Positions 62,949-64,000 of a stretch of 64,000 nt of DNA are shown here, in pieces (position 1 is the stretch's first letter; each line of letters opens with the position of its first letter). The DNA lies in the IMG/VR virus record IMGVR_UViG_3300044637_001305; one strand, 5' to 3'. Source of the stretch: an uncultured virus (IMG/VR IMGVR_UViG_3300044637_001305). Lineage: Duplodnaviria > Heunggongvirae > Uroviricota > Caudoviricetes. Under the pieces are notes generated by a model, which worked only from the letters and a program-made list of their open reading frames with translations, ran no database searches and had not been told where the DNA came from. A program made the translations under genes and the position numbers.

Positions 62949-64000
62949 ATGAAAAAGAGTTTACAAATAAGTGAGGAAGAAAAAAGAACTATTCTCATAA
63001 AATATAATTTATTAGAAGATTCTAAAAAAGAACCTAAAATAAAATCAATATCTTGTTTAAAGGATGACCCAAATGGTGCAACTGCGTCTGATTGTACTAT
63101 CGTTTATAAAAATGGTAATAAATTTGAAGGTCGTTTAAAAAATGGATTTCCTGAATTAGGTAAGTTTACATTTTCTGACGGGCACTTTTATGAAGGTTCA
63201 TTTGCTGGTACTACAAGTCATAGTAAGATTCATTATTCGGGTGATGCTATGGATGCAAACCGAAGAAGGGTTGTTAACACAGAAGATTTATTGTTGTATC
63301 ATGAAGAAAATTACGATCCGGAAGAGGTTATTGACCCAACAGACAATGAAGAAATAGAACAGACAAATACTGATGGTGACAAAGTAGTTTACGACGAAAA
63401 AGAAAAAAAAGTTATTATTCCTGCAAGTATAAAATCAAAATGGAAAGGTTGTGGCACACAGGATAAAGATTTCTATTTTGATGGTACTATGGGTTCAACC
63501 GATTTAGGTTATTTGTTGGAACCACCTGAGATGGGTAACGCAAAATATGAAGGTACTTTAGAATTAGAAGAAGTCTTATTTGGTAAGACGATTAAATTCA
63601 CAGGTTGTTTTGATAAAAACAATATGATTTATGGTGAAGAGTCTGGTGGAAGAGGTAATTTTGAAGGATACTATTATACTGAAGATGTAAGTAAAAAATT
63701 TTTTAGTGGTGATGTAGGTAAAGCCAACAAATTCATGTATGGTAAATTATCTAATAACTATGACTATGAATTTTATAATGCAGTATGGGCCTACACTGGT
63801 TTTTTTGTTAATGGTAAAATAGACGGTACCTCAACTGAAATACCTGCAGGTTTTGATGAAACTAAATTTGGATCAATATTGTTTGGTGATAATAATCGGT
63901 ATGACGGAGACTTTAAAGGGGGTAAAATAGAAGGTAAAGGTGTTTTCTATTTTTCAGACGGTATGAAACTTGAGGGTGATTTTAAAACCGAAGAGGCTGA
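62949..64000 (+). CDS. Leader-bearing MORN-repeat protein (runs off the window end; absent from the ORF track)
   Basis: TATTTAT 62937-43; MKKSLQISEEEKRTILIKYNLLE leader; YKNGNKFEG.LKNG...GKFTFSDG..YEG.F and YDGDFKGGKIEGKGVFYFSDG. Confidence 0.8.
   Translation, partial: MKKSLQISEEEKRTILIKYNLLEDSKKEPKIKSISCLKDDPNGATASDCTIVYKNGNKFEGRLKNGFPELGKFTFSDGHFYEGSFAGTTSHSKIHYSGDAMDANRRRVVNTEDLLLYHEENYDPEEVIDPTDNEEIEQTNTDGDKVVYDEKEKKVIIPASIKSKWKGCGTQDKDFYFDGTMGSTDLGYLLEPPEMGNAKYEGTLELEEVLFGKTIKFTGCFDKNNMIYGEESGGRGNFEGYYYTEDVSKKFFSGDVGKANKFMYGKLSNNYDYEFYNAVWAYTGFFVNGKIDGTSTEIPAGFDETKFGSILFGDNNRYDGDFKGGKIEGKGVFYFSDGMKLEGDFKTEEA

Noticed and set aside
1..64000. Alternative genetic code (stop-codon reassignment, seen in some large Bacteroidota phages)
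   Set aside because: Code 11 gives dense, abutting ORFs up to ~1100 aa, and TAA, TAG and TGA all occur as true stops followed by new leaders or promoters.

Overview
AT-rich, gene-dense segment of a large (jumbo-type) tailed phage genome, almost certainly infecting Bacteroidota. Host evidence: TTTG-N19/20-TAnnTTTG promoters, no Shine-Dalgarno sites, and a T9SS sorting domain. I found no capsid, terminase, polymerase, tRNA or CRISPR genes. Most ORFs are short, acidic hypothetical proteins on the + strand. The dominant unexplained pattern is that about 35 otherwise unrelated ORFs begin with one of three short N-terminal leaders (MKIIITExQY..L.E, MNLQEQI.R.K.LM, MK.LIRKILKEE). Most leaders end in or contain an (I/L/V)-x-E motif like the T4 prohead-protease site. 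The same motifs recur inside multi-module ORFs, between shuffled micro-domains. Many of these genes follow a TATTTAT element, whereas genes behind host-type promoters never carry a leader. I infer a large, modular capsid-targeting and proteolytic-processing cargo system whose cargo includes peptidoglycan hydrolases, a GNAT, a kinase/zincin and a MORN-repeat protein. Other highlights: a three-gene T9SS-type secreted-protein locus; a ~2.7 kb mostly non-coding origin/terminus-like region with TGACA-N3-TGACA repeats; three candidate structured RNAs; direct-repeat-bounded gene cassettes; and recognisable enzymes (AAA ATPase, four HAD hydrolases, thioredoxin, DUF932, N-formylglutamate amidohydrolase, EndoVII, FKBP PPIase, UvrC-like nuclease). 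All family calls come from motif recognition by eye, not database searches.
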